A DNA stretch of 29,832 bases from a virus (Duplodnaviria; Caudoviricetes): positions 1-29,832 of the IMG/VR virus record IMGVR_UViG_3300005512_000228; one strand, given 5' to 3'. Positions 9,428 through 17,142 of the stretch are shown here, one piece after another. The notes below the pieces were generated by a model. It worked only from the letters and a program-made list of their open reading frames with translations. It ran no database searches and was not told the origin of the DNA. Both the position numbers and the translations under genes were made by a program. Numbering within the stretch: the first letter of the stretch is position 1; every line of letters begins with the position of its first letter.

Positions 9428-10824
9428 TATGCTCTCCCCTCAAGCTGTTTCATCATGGCGTACATTTTCTTAGCACCTTTCTGGCGATCGCCACCGCCAG
9501 CACCACGGACAGCACGGGCATTCATTACAAACTCACCATCACTAAGCATGGCTGGAATAGAATCACTGGTCGGTGTTCCCGGACCAACGATTTCACCACC
9601 ACCAGCCGCCGTTACAGGAGGCATAAAGGTTGGGTCTTGATAATATGGGTTATCGCCATAGAACCTTGAATCAAACCCATACAACCCAGGATCTTGTTGA
9701 TACAACCGGACACCCGTTACATCATCAAACCCATCACCATCTTCATCTACAGGGGGCGGCATTAGAGAGGCAACGCCTAATCCAGTAGCCGCTAATGGAC
9801 CATACTTAGCAAGTATCCCAGGAGCTTCACTGGTAGCCGCTTTAGTAACAGCATCTGCAATCATTTTTTGTTGGGCGGCTGGCGTTAATGCTGGCTGACC
9901 AGCTAATTGCAATGCTTGATTTGTAACATCAATACTTTTTGCCGCGGATTGTGCCGCTTGTGCCGCTTTAAACTCAGGAGTCAGGCTTGTACGGGTAGGG
10001 CTAAGATACTTTTCTAGGAATGATTCACCACTGGTTGTGACCTTCCCTGTAACAGGATCAACACCCGTAACCACATTAGGGTCTGGATCGTACAATGTTT
10101 TTTCAAAAATGTTTTGCTGAGCCGCTACTTCAGGAGCAACCCCCGCTTGTGCTTGCAATGCCGCTAGTTTAGTTTGTCCTGCTTGACTAAATGGATTTAC
10201 AGGCGTCATTGCTTGGCCAGCACTAAATGTTCCTAGCCCCGCAGAAGGTGCGGCACGGCTACCAAAGAAAGCACCACTGCCAAAGCCTTCACTACCGCCA
10301 AAAGCAACATTACCGAGGCCAGCTAATCCACCTGTGATAACTGCATTTCTCAGTGCATCTTTTGGACTTTGACCAGCAATCAAACCACCAGCCAAACTAC
10401 CCAAACCCGAAGCAAAAGCGATAGGCATAGCTGGCAAAAGGAAAGGCGCGGCGATAGGCAATACAATCGGCGCAATCTTTTTAACAACTTTTTTAACGCT
10501 TTTGAACAGTTTCTTAAGGAAAAACTCAGGCTGACCAGTAGCGGGGTTGATACTGTTTAATTCATTACCAACGATATAACGCTCAGGATCTAACCCCATA
10601 TCTTCCATTTGCTTAAACAGCATTTTCTTCATACGGGGGTTAGCATCGAGGACTTCTACAGGAATAACTGTTTCGCCCTCAGCGGCGTGTACGATGTATG
10701 TATCACCCTCACGCCCAAAATCAGCAAGCATATCAGCCGCTCGACGCACAGACTCAAGGCCACCTGTCGGCACAAGTGGCGCATTTTGTACTTCAAATGG
10801 GAGCGTTGCTATACCTTGCATCAT
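9427..10824 (-). CDS. internal virion/DNA transfer protein with tape-measure-like GE-x-V motifs
   Basis: 465 aa; amphipathic basic helix FFLKKLFKSVKKVVKK, then Gly-rich hydrophobic segments; C-terminal GGEIVGPGTPTSDSIPAMLSDGEFVMNARAV motif. Confidence 0.65.
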   Translation of the reverse strand: MMQGIATLPFEVQNAPLVPTGGLESVRRAADMLADFGREGDTYIVHAAEGETVIPVEVLDANPRMKKMLFKQMEDMGLDPERYIVGNELNSINPATGQPEFFLKKLFKSVKKVVKKIAPIVLPIAAPFLLPAMPIAFASGLGSLAGGLIAGQSPKDALRNAVITGGLAGLGNVAFGGSEGFGSGAFFGSRAAPSAGLGTFSAGQAMTPVNPFSQAGQTKLAALQAQAGVAPEVAAQQNIFEKTLYDPDPNVVTGVDPVTGKVTTSGESFLEKYLSPTRTSLTPEFKAAQAAQSAAKSIDVTNQALQLAGQPALTPAAQQKMIADAVTKAATSEAPGILAKYGPLAATGLGVASLMPPPVDEDGDGFDDVTGVRLYQQDPGLYGFDSRFYGDNPYYQDPTFMPPVTAAGGGEIVGPGTPTSDSIPAMLSDGEFVMNARAVRGAGGGDRQKGAKKMYAMMKQLEGRA

Positions 10825-10863
10825 AAAACCTCGTTATAATGTGATGCAGGGTAGCTATTCCTG
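10808..10863 (-). promoter_or_regulatory. RNA hairpin covering the RBS and start codon of 9427..10824
   Basis: - strand TACCCTGCATCA (10853-10842) pairs 11/12 with TGATGCAAGGTA (10823-10812); GAGG RBS lies at the apex. Confidence 0.55.
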
Positions 10864-10878
10864 TAATTTGCTGATCTT

Positions 10879-10907
10879 AGCATACCCTTATTAATCTTTT
10901 TTCGCAA
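10879..10907 (-). promoter_or_regulatory. putative sigma70-type promoter for the internal-protein genes
   Basis: - strand TTGCGA (10907-10902), 17-nt spacer, TATGCT (10884-10879) in one of the few intergenic gaps. Confidence 0.55.
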
Positions 10908-10908
10908 C

Positions 10909-11136
10909 CTATGAACTTCCACCTGACATAGATTCAGGCACAGTTACTTGGATAACAGTACTTCTTTTTTCTGTACCCAGCCATGGATTACCACAATCAG
11001 GGCAATTACCATCGGGGTAACTTGCTATTTCGGCAGGGGTATCCACCTCATTAGGGCAACTCGCACAATGAACAATATCACGGCTTGTTGAAGGTTTCCA
11101 TTTAGAGCCATCAGGCATTGTTAGTATATCAGTCAT
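10909..11136 (-). CDS. small zinc-ribbon protein
   Basis: 75 aa; CASC...CPDC; ATGA overlap with the upstream gene. Confidence 0.7.
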   Translation of the reverse strand: MTDILTMPDGSKWKPSTSRDIVHCASCPNEVDTPAEIASYPDGNCPDCGNPWLGTEKRSTVIQVTVPESMSGGSS

Positions 11137-11429
11137 GGTGTACTCACTGTTACAGTTCCAACGGCGGTAATTCCGGCTGTTGTTCCCGCCAAAACATCGT
11201 TCTCACGAACAATTTTTACAAATCCATCTTTTTCATATAAATCGCCCACTTGCAATATTCCACCTTCACCAGAAGTTGCAATATTCGGTATATTAGATAT
11301 AGGCGACCTTACTTCATCAATAACAAAATCAAGGTTGCGAGCTAACTGGTTAGCAAAAGTTTGATCATACTGTTGCGGCGCAACAGGTATAATCGTACGG
11401 ATAACTTTGCCACCCGCACCACTACTCAT
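11133..11429 (-). CDS. hypothetical tail-associated protein
   Basis: 98 aa; ATGA-coupled to the nozzle gene; C-terminal AVGTVTV motif. Confidence 0.65.
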   Translation of the reverse strand: MSSGAGGKVIRTIIPVAPQQYDQTFANQLARNLDFVIDEVRSPISNIPNIATSGEGGILQVGDLYEKDGFVKIVRENDVLAGTTAGITAVGTVTVSTP

Positions 11430-13288
11430 CTTCTACCATCCGGACGAGCATCTAAGCGTGGCGCACCTAACCGCCATTTTACGCCCAATGCGTCACTGCT
11501 GACTTTTAAAGCCATAGAACGCCCTCTGGCTCGCACAAATATTTGGTCAGTATATTGTTCAATAGGGCTGGCTACTGCACGAGTAACTGTTCCACTAGGG
11601 CTTTCTGTATACGGGTCGCCACTAAAATCACGGCTAGACATTGTAAATACTGCCGCAGGAGAAGCCGCTTCTGAACCATTGAAAGTAAGATCAGGCAATA
11701 CTCGGCGTATCAACATAAATTGGTCGCCATCACCAATGTCAAAATCAGAAGATTGGACATACGCATCTATAGCTACGGCGGGGTTTACACTACCATCATC
11801 AAACCCAAACTCATGGTCATATAGGTAGCCATCTGTACCTGTAGCCTGTGGGTAACTACGAGTTCCTGCCGCACGGTCATTCCATGCAGTACGCACCATA
11901 GAACCATAATACCAAACCTGTTCTGCATAATTGAACACCACATAACGGTCAATTTCATCAGAACTGGCAGAACAATAGAACCACCAGATTTCACTCTGGC
12001 TGGCTAGGCTACCCGCATGAATCTTAAATGATTGGTTACGGTTTAGATCACTAAACACATAATCCCTTACCGAGCATGGTATGGGTGTTACGCGACCATC
12101 GTAAACATAGAAGTTTTCTTGACCCATCCAAAACACAAGGTCATTAACACTAATAGCGGCATTAGGGCTGGCAATACGAATATTATCTGCTAACAATGCT
12201 GTTCCAAAAGTATATGGCGCACCTACATATTGGATAGAGTGCAAACTATGGTCTGTCCAAACTAAGAACTGGCGGCTGGTACGCACCGCTGTGATTATTT
12301 CAGAACCCTGTGATAACCGCAAATCCCCTGCTGTATTTGTAGCCGTAGGATTCCAATCTGTAATAGATTCTTGGTCAGACCAACGGATTAACAAAGGGTC
12401 TTGTATGCTAGTGCCTATTGTATTTGCGCCAAAACAAAGAACATGGCGGTCAACATCAGATACCATTACTTTACGAGCAACGGTAGGAGCATCTGTTGCA
12501 CCAGATAGATCAGTTATATTTACCCCTCGCGCGGAAACACCACCTGTTGCATCCCAGTAATAAACGCCACCATCAGCTTGGTTAAAGATTAAATCCTCAC
12601 CAAAATCATCGGCAAACCATAAGCGTAATGTTTCACCCGCTAGTGACCCTACCGTACTGCCCCAAGTAAATCTGCCCCAAGTACCCGCACCCCAGCCTGT
12701 GCCAAGAACAGTAGTATTAAGTCCAACAGATATTTGATAGGCAACCTGTACTGAACCGCCACCACCTGAAACAGAGCCAGCCGTAGCAGAACCACCTGTA
12801 TCTACTTGGTATGAGTTAGCTGAAATCACATTTGTGATAGTTAACTCTTGGTTTAGATCGCCTGTTCCTAATCCATCAAATGCAGTAGCACCACTAATAG
12901 TTATAAAATCACCAAGGGAAGCACCATGACCTGTATCATTGATGGTTATTACACCACTCCCCGCCGTAGAAGAATCTAGGGGGTCTGTACCTAGAGTAAC
13001 TGTTCTACGGATAGGTGTAATATCATTTAATGTGCCATCCTCTTCTAAATATACCTTTTGCTCAGTACCTATAAACAAAAGGTTAGAAGAATCTAGCGTA
13101 ACAAAATCATGTATTTTGCGGGGGTCACCAATATACGCTGAGTCATTAACTTTAGTCCAACCACCAATACGCTCCACATAACCATAACGGAAGCGTATTT
13201 TATCACCGTCAAACCAACCACCCTCATTAGAGTAGTTGGTTCCCTCACGGTTGATTCCAGGCTTAAACTGTAGCTTACTCAGCGGCAT
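11426..13288 (-). CDS. tail nozzle/stabilisation protein (P22 gp10 / tail tubular B-like beta-propeller)
   Basis: 620 aa, beta-rich, IRWSDQE...W, EIWWFY, DRYVVFNY, C-terminal RARGR...WRLG...DGRR; typical position ahead of ejection genes. Confidence 0.75.
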   Translation of the reverse strand: MPLSKLQFKPGINREGTNYSNEGGWFDGDKIRFRYGYVERIGGWTKVNDSAYIGDPRKIHDFVTLDSSNLLFIGTEQKVYLEEDGTLNDITPIRRTVTLGTDPLDSSTAGSGVITINDTGHGASLGDFITISGATAFDGLGTGDLNQELTITNVISANSYQVDTGGSATAGSVSGGGGSVQVAYQISVGLNTTVLGTGWGAGTWGRFTWGSTVGSLAGETLRLWFADDFGEDLIFNQADGGVYYWDATGGVSARGVNITDLSGATDAPTVARKVMVSDVDRHVLCFGANTIGTSIQDPLLIRWSDQESITDWNPTATNTAGDLRLSQGSEIITAVRTSRQFLVWTDHSLHSIQYVGAPYTFGTALLADNIRIASPNAAISVNDLVFWMGQENFYVYDGRVTPIPCSVRDYVFSDLNRNQSFKIHAGSLASQSEIWWFYCSASSDEIDRYVVFNYAEQVWYYGSMVRTAWNDRAAGTRSYPQATGTDGYLYDHEFGFDDGSVNPAVAIDAYVQSSDFDIGDGDQFMLIRRVLPDLTFNGSEAASPAAVFTMSSRDFSGDPYTESPSGTVTRAVASPIEQYTDQIFVRARGRSMALKVSSDALGVKWRLGAPRLDARPDGRR

Positions 13289-13297
13289 TGCTACCTC

Positions 13298-13669
13298 TTA
13301 TGCGTAAGGGCTTGTACCGAGTAAATCAGCATCCCATGCGGCTTTTAGGCTGGCAATATCACTAGCACTGTCTATTGCTGATGCGGCGGGTGCGTCACGA
13401 AGGCTGGTTTTCTTTGCAACTGATGCGGCTTTCGCTGTTGCATCATCTGCTTCCATTGCTTTCATGTAGGCAACATCTTCTGCATCAAGCAGAGGCTTGC
13501 GAACTTCACGGATTTTATCCCGAAAAATTTCTTTCGCTTTAGTCATATCTTCGCTGATTACAGAACCAGACAGTGACCATGCGCCACGAAAGTGACGGTC
13601 AGAAGGCATGGTAACTTCTGCGGCATTCGCTAGAGCACCATCCTTATCTACAATATAGACTTCAGGCAT
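13298..13669 (-). CDS. putative tail-fibre assembly chaperone
   Basis: 123 aa; PSDRHFRGAW then helical KAKEIFRDKIREVRKPLL...KTSLRDAP resembling fibre-assembly chaperones; follows fibre genes. Confidence 0.55.
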   Translation of the reverse strand: MPEVYIVDKDGALANAAEVTMPSDRHFRGAWSLSGSVISEDMTKAKEIFRDKIREVRKPLLDAEDVAYMKAMEADDATAKAASVAKKTSLRDAPAASAIDSASDIASLKAAWDADLLGTSPYA

Positions 13670-13679
13670 CTTTATTCTC

Positions 13680-14153
13680 CTATGCTACCATGTCTACGGC
13701 GACATCTTCGCTAATACGCCACGCATTTCGCCATTCGCGTGTTTGCGGTAATTGCTGTTTTTTGCAGATTACCAACTTGGGCTTATTGCCCATGTTCCAT
13801 TCGCGCCACACATCCTGCGGCACATCTTTCATAATCAGGTACTCAATTGCCTGTTCCTCTGTCATTGCTGGCATCGGTTCAGTGTTGTGCAACAGATAGC
13901 CCCTTGTGTGCTTCTTAAAGTCTGGCTGAGCTTCGTCTTTGGCTAGTTCCCAATAGACCCACACAGGTGGAAGGATGCCGCCTTGTAAAGCGCAAGCCAT
14001 CCAGTTCGGGTCAGGCACAAGTATCTTGGCGCACTCGTCCACGCTGTCCTCATAGACCACACGATAGTCAGACTGCACCGGTTCAAGGTTTTGCTTCGCC
14101 CAGCCCAAGCGGTCAAAGAGGTGAGTGCCTTTGAAATCAGGTGTCGTTGTCAT
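13680..14153 (-). CDS. fibre-associated hypothetical protein
   Basis: 157 aa, Trp-rich; TAATG coupling; C-terminal LPQTREWRNAW similar to a motif in the next gene. Confidence 0.65.
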   Translation of the reverse strand: MTTTPDFKGTHLFDRLGWAKQNLEPVQSDYRVVYEDSVDECAKILVPDPNWMACALQGGILPPVWVYWELAKDEAQPDFKKHTRGYLLHNTEPMPAMTEEQAIEYLIMKDVPQDVWREWNMGNKPKLVICKKQQLPQTREWRNAWRISEDVAVDMVA

Positions 14154-14530
14154 TAGGCGAGGTCTCCCATTGCCATCGCAGTCATAACTGCTTGGTCCTG
14201 TCTTGCCGCCGCATCATTCCAGCCACCAATTGATAGCGCACTCGTTGTGTTCGCGCCGCCATCGTTGAATGTTGTTGAGCCGCCCCAAGTGTCTCCATTG
14301 CAACAGCCGCCATATGTCGCCGCACTCATTGAACTAGTGAAGGACAGTTCAAAATTTCCGGTTCCGCTATCTGTGATGCTTGCAAAATTGTGGCTGTCCT
14401 GCGTTGTCGGCGGGTTCACATTCCCCACAAAATGTATCCAAGCCTTCGCACTACCATTGACCACATACTCCGTACCCACGCTTCCCGCTGTGGAGTGTTG
14501 GATGTCATCTGCTACTATTGTTCCAGCCAT
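14153..14530 (-). CDS. small fibre-tip-like protein, paralogue 3
   Basis: 125 aa; SAKAW..DSHNFASITDSGTGNF..GDLA*. Confidence 0.7.
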   Translation of the reverse strand: MAGTIVADDIQHSTAGSVGTEYVVNGSAKAWIHFVGNVNPPTTQDSHNFASITDSGTGNFELSFTSSMSAATYGGCCNGDTWGGSTTFNDGGANTTSALSIGGWNDAAARQDQAVMTAMAMGDLA

Positions 14531-14892
14531 TATGCTAAGTCTCCAACCACGTTATATGTTGTGTTGTCTCTGTCGGCATCAGAACCGCCATTGCGAATAC
14601 GAATAACAAAAGAACCTGTAGCCATACTGTTTGACGAACCGTGACAAGTGTTACCTGAAACGACATCCCAATCTGCGCCTATACTTAAAGAATAATTTGC
14701 GTTGTTGAGGTCGTTAGCAATTGTCACCGTGTAATTGCCCAACCCATTATCGGTAATGCTTGTGGTGTTAAATGAATCATCTAAAACAGTGTCAGAGCCT
14801 TCAAAGTGGCCCCAAGCCTTTGCCAGCCCCTGCATCACATCGGTTGACGAACCAGTCAGACCAGCGATGTTTGTTACTTTTAAGGTACTCAT
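14530..14892 (-). CDS. small fibre-tip-like protein, paralogue 2
   Basis: Start revised from 14907 to the ATG at 14892 (ATGA overlap, GGAG RBS); LAKAW..DSFNTTSITDNGLGNY..GDLA*. Confidence 0.7.
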   Translation of the reverse strand: MSTLKVTNIAGLTGSSTDVMQGLAKAWGHFEGSDTVLDDSFNTTSITDNGLGNYTVTIANDLNNANYSLSIGADWDVVSGNTCHGSSNSMATGSFVIRIRNGGSDADRDNTTYNVVGDLA

Positions 14893-15281
14893 GCTAGGTC
14901 TCCACAAGAATGATTTACTACTTCATTAAAGTCATCTACAGCATCAGCAAGGTTCGTAGTAGTGTATCTACAATTAGTCGTACCCATAGCAGTAGTAAGT
15001 CTATAGATATTTAAAGAACCACCGCCTACGGCAGTGTTGCCATTATCAATCCTGATAGCCCCGTCAATAGTGTAGTCATTCTGACCACTCATACTACTAG
15101 TCCAATTATTTTGCCAATTACCTGTGCCATTATCTGTCAAAGAAGACACATTAAATGAATTATTTATTGATGGTGTGCCAGAACTAAAAAAGGCAATGAA
15201 CCCTTTTGCGGCTGTCTGTTTGGTCAGCGTGGCCGCACCCCCGCTTGTGTTTTGAACTGTATCTGCTTTAATTGTACTCAT
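14889..15281 (-). CDS. small fibre-tip-like protein, paralogue 1
   Basis: 130 aa; AAKGF..NSFNVSSLTDNGTGNW..GDLA*; GAGG RBS. Confidence 0.7.
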   Translation of the reverse strand: MSTIKADTVQNTSGGAATLTKQTAAKGFIAFFSSGTPSINNSFNVSSLTDNGTGNWQNNWTSSMSGQNDYTIDGAIRIDNGNTAVGGGSLNIYRLTTAMGTTNCRYTTTNLADAVDDFNEVVNHSCGDLA

Positions 15282-15288
15282 ACTAACC

Positions 15289-16272
15289 TCACACGATGCT
15301 CAGATTGCCATTAATAGTTAAAGTAACCCCACTAGCAATCGTTAATGGTCCAGCACACAAGCCGTTTTCATCACTATCTATAGTCACATTTGTGTCTAAT
15401 TGTTGCTGATGCACCCTAAAAATATCTCCTGCCGATGAACCAACCTCACCGTTTTCACCTTTATACAGACCGCCCCCTGTACCTGATAGTGCAGAACCAT
15501 CCCCAGAAAACGCTGTTGCTGTTAATGTACCAGAAGATGGATTAAATGTTAACTTAGAACTTGAAACTTCTTGAGCTTGATTGCCAGAAGTCCCATCAAC
15601 AAAGGTTGGATAAAAAGTTGCGTTAGTTGATGTATCATCTGTAACCGTTGTATTTGTGGCATTTGTAGCTGTTCCAGTAAGGTCGCCTGTGACATTACCC
15701 GTTACATTACCAGTCACATTACCTGTAAGGTCGCCCGTGACATCTCCTGTTACATCGCCTGTGAGGTTGCCCGTCACATTACCAGTCACATTACCTGTAA
15801 ATGCCCCTGCAAAAGTAGAAGCTGTGAGTGTGCCTGAAATGGTTAAGTTATCTAAAGCATCTACAACTGCCGCCGCCGCACCCGAACCTTGTGTGTAAAC
15901 GACACGAGTATCACCATTAGCGATAGTGATTTCAGCACCCGAACCCTGTGCAATAGTAATACTCTGGCCACCTGTAGTGGCATTATCAATTATCCAAACT
16001 TTAGATACAGTATTAGGCGCAATAGTAAGTTTACGAGTAGTTGTAAGGCTCACCGCAGAAGTGACCTTTAGCATTAACGAACGAACCTCTGCCGTAGCAC
16101 CATCTGACATTGTCAGCGTAGCATCCGCATCTGATGCCATATCGGATGCGGCATAACCAAGGGCTTCTGCAATTAAATCAATATTTGTATTAGTCTTAGT
16201 TCCCCAAGTACCACCAGCTTCACCAGTAGCGATGAGTTCTAATCTCAAATTATTAGTATATACACTAGGCAT
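15289..16272 (-). CDS. tail fibre protein
   Basis: 327 aa, Thr/Gly/Ser-rich; N-terminal TGEAGGTWGTKTNTN anchor-like segment, VTGN/VTGD repeats, C-terminal AGPLTIASGVTLT domain. Confidence 0.75.
   Translation of the reverse strand: MPSVYTNNLRLELIATGEAGGTWGTKTNTNIDLIAEALGYAASDMASDADATLTMSDGATAEVRSLMLKVTSAVSLTTTRKLTIAPNTVSKVWIIDNATTGGQSITIAQGSGAEITIANGDTRVVYTQGSGAAAAVVDALDNLTISGTLTASTFAGAFTGNVTGNVTGNLTGDVTGDVTGDLTGNVTGNVTGNVTGDLTGTATNATNTTVTDDTSTNATFYPTFVDGTSGNQAQEVSSSKLTFNPSSGTLTATAFSGDGSALSGTGGGLYKGENGEVGSSAGDIFRVHQQQLDTNVTIDSDENGLCAGPLTIASGVTLTINGNLSIV
15670..15801 (-). repeat. 11 tandem tetrapeptide (12-bp) repeats [FVL]TG[NDT]
   Basis: FTGN VTGN VTGN LTGD VTGD VTGD LTGN VTGN VTGN VTGD LTGT. 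Confidence 0.9.
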
Positions 16273-16281
16273 ATATCAACC

Positions 16282-17142
16282 TCACGCCGCTATTTCTGTC
16301 CAACTTGGTGTCTGGCTTGGTGAAACCTGAGACCAATTTGGTGTTTGATCTGGAACGATTGTTCCCCATACTAACACTCTTCCTACTTGTCCGGTAGCAG
16401 ATATTCCCGCAGGGTAGACATTTGCATCAGCCGTTACCGTCACTGAACCCAAAGAAGCCGTAGCAGAATTACCCGTAACCGCTACATTAGCATCAGCCGC
16501 AACAGTTACAGAACCTACTGCTCCAGTAGCCGCAATACCCGTGGCTGGAACATTTGCATCACCAGTAACCGTTACAGAGCCTGTTCCTCCAGTAGCGGCT
16601 TCACCCGTTGGGAAAACATTTGCTCCTGCCGCTACCGTTACACTGCCGACTGCGCCAGTAGCCGCGATTCCTGTAGCAGGAACATTTGCATCACCCGTTA
16701 TATCAACACTACCAACTGCGCCAGTAGCGGCTTCACCCGTTGGGAATACATTCGCATCAGCGGCAACAGTAACACTGCCAACTGCGCCAGTAGCGGCTTC
16801 ACCCGTTGGGAATACATTCGCTGTACCTGTCGCCGTGACTGTACCTACTGCACCAGTAGCGGCTTCACCTGTAGGACTAACAACGGCTTCAGCAACTACA
16901 GTAACAGAACCTTCGCTACCCGTAGCTGTTTCACCTGTGACAGAAACATTTGCTTCCGCAATAATAGAAACACTGCCAACCCCTGTCGTACCAACTAAGC
17001 CAGTAACGGGGATATTAGCAGTGCCTGTAGCCGTAACTGTCCCAACACCACCTGTGGCAGAAACACCAGTGACAAATACATTGACACCCGTTGCTCCCTG
17101 ACCCGATAGGGTATCACCAGATAATGTGGTAAAACCTAACAT
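16282..17142 (-). CDS. 22-aa tandem-repeat structural protein
   Basis: 286 aa; about 11 copies of TGxAATGAVGSVTVxxxANVxP; almost no basic residues; C-terminal W-x10-W-x10-W spacing. Confidence 0.8.
   Translation of the reverse strand: MLGFTTLSGDTLSGQGATGVNVFVTGVSATGGVGTVTATGTANIPVTGLVGTTGVGSVSIIAEANVSVTGETATGSEGSVTVVAEAVVSPTGEAATGAVGTVTATGTANVFPTGEAATGAVGSVTVAADANVFPTGEAATGAVGSVDITGDANVPATGIAATGAVGSVTVAAGANVFPTGEAATGGTGSVTVTGDANVPATGIAATGAVGSVTVAADANVAVTGNSATASLGSVTVTADANVYPAGISATGQVGRVLVWGTIVPDQTPNWSQVSPSQTPSWTEIAA
16712..16821. repeat. 44-bp identical direct repeat, 66-bp period
   Basis: ccaactgcgccagtagcggcttcacccgttgggaatacattcgc at 16712-16755 and 16778-16821, part of the coding repeat array. 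Confidence 0.9.

Noticed and set aside
14153-15281. Possible diversity-generating retroelement or invertible tail-fibre cassette
   Set aside because: No reverse transcriptase or invertase in the window, no near-identical template/variable repeat pair seen, and all paralogues are co-oriented and highly diverged.
16380-17080. Regularly spaced DNA repeats resembling a CRISPR array
   Set aside because: The 66-bp period is in frame, the intervening parts are similar to each other rather than unique spacers, the array is protein-coding, and no cas genes are present.
15656-17101. + strand repeat-rich ORFs 15656..15898 and 16541..17101
   Set aside because: Antisense shadows of the repetitive fibre and 22-aa repeat genes.
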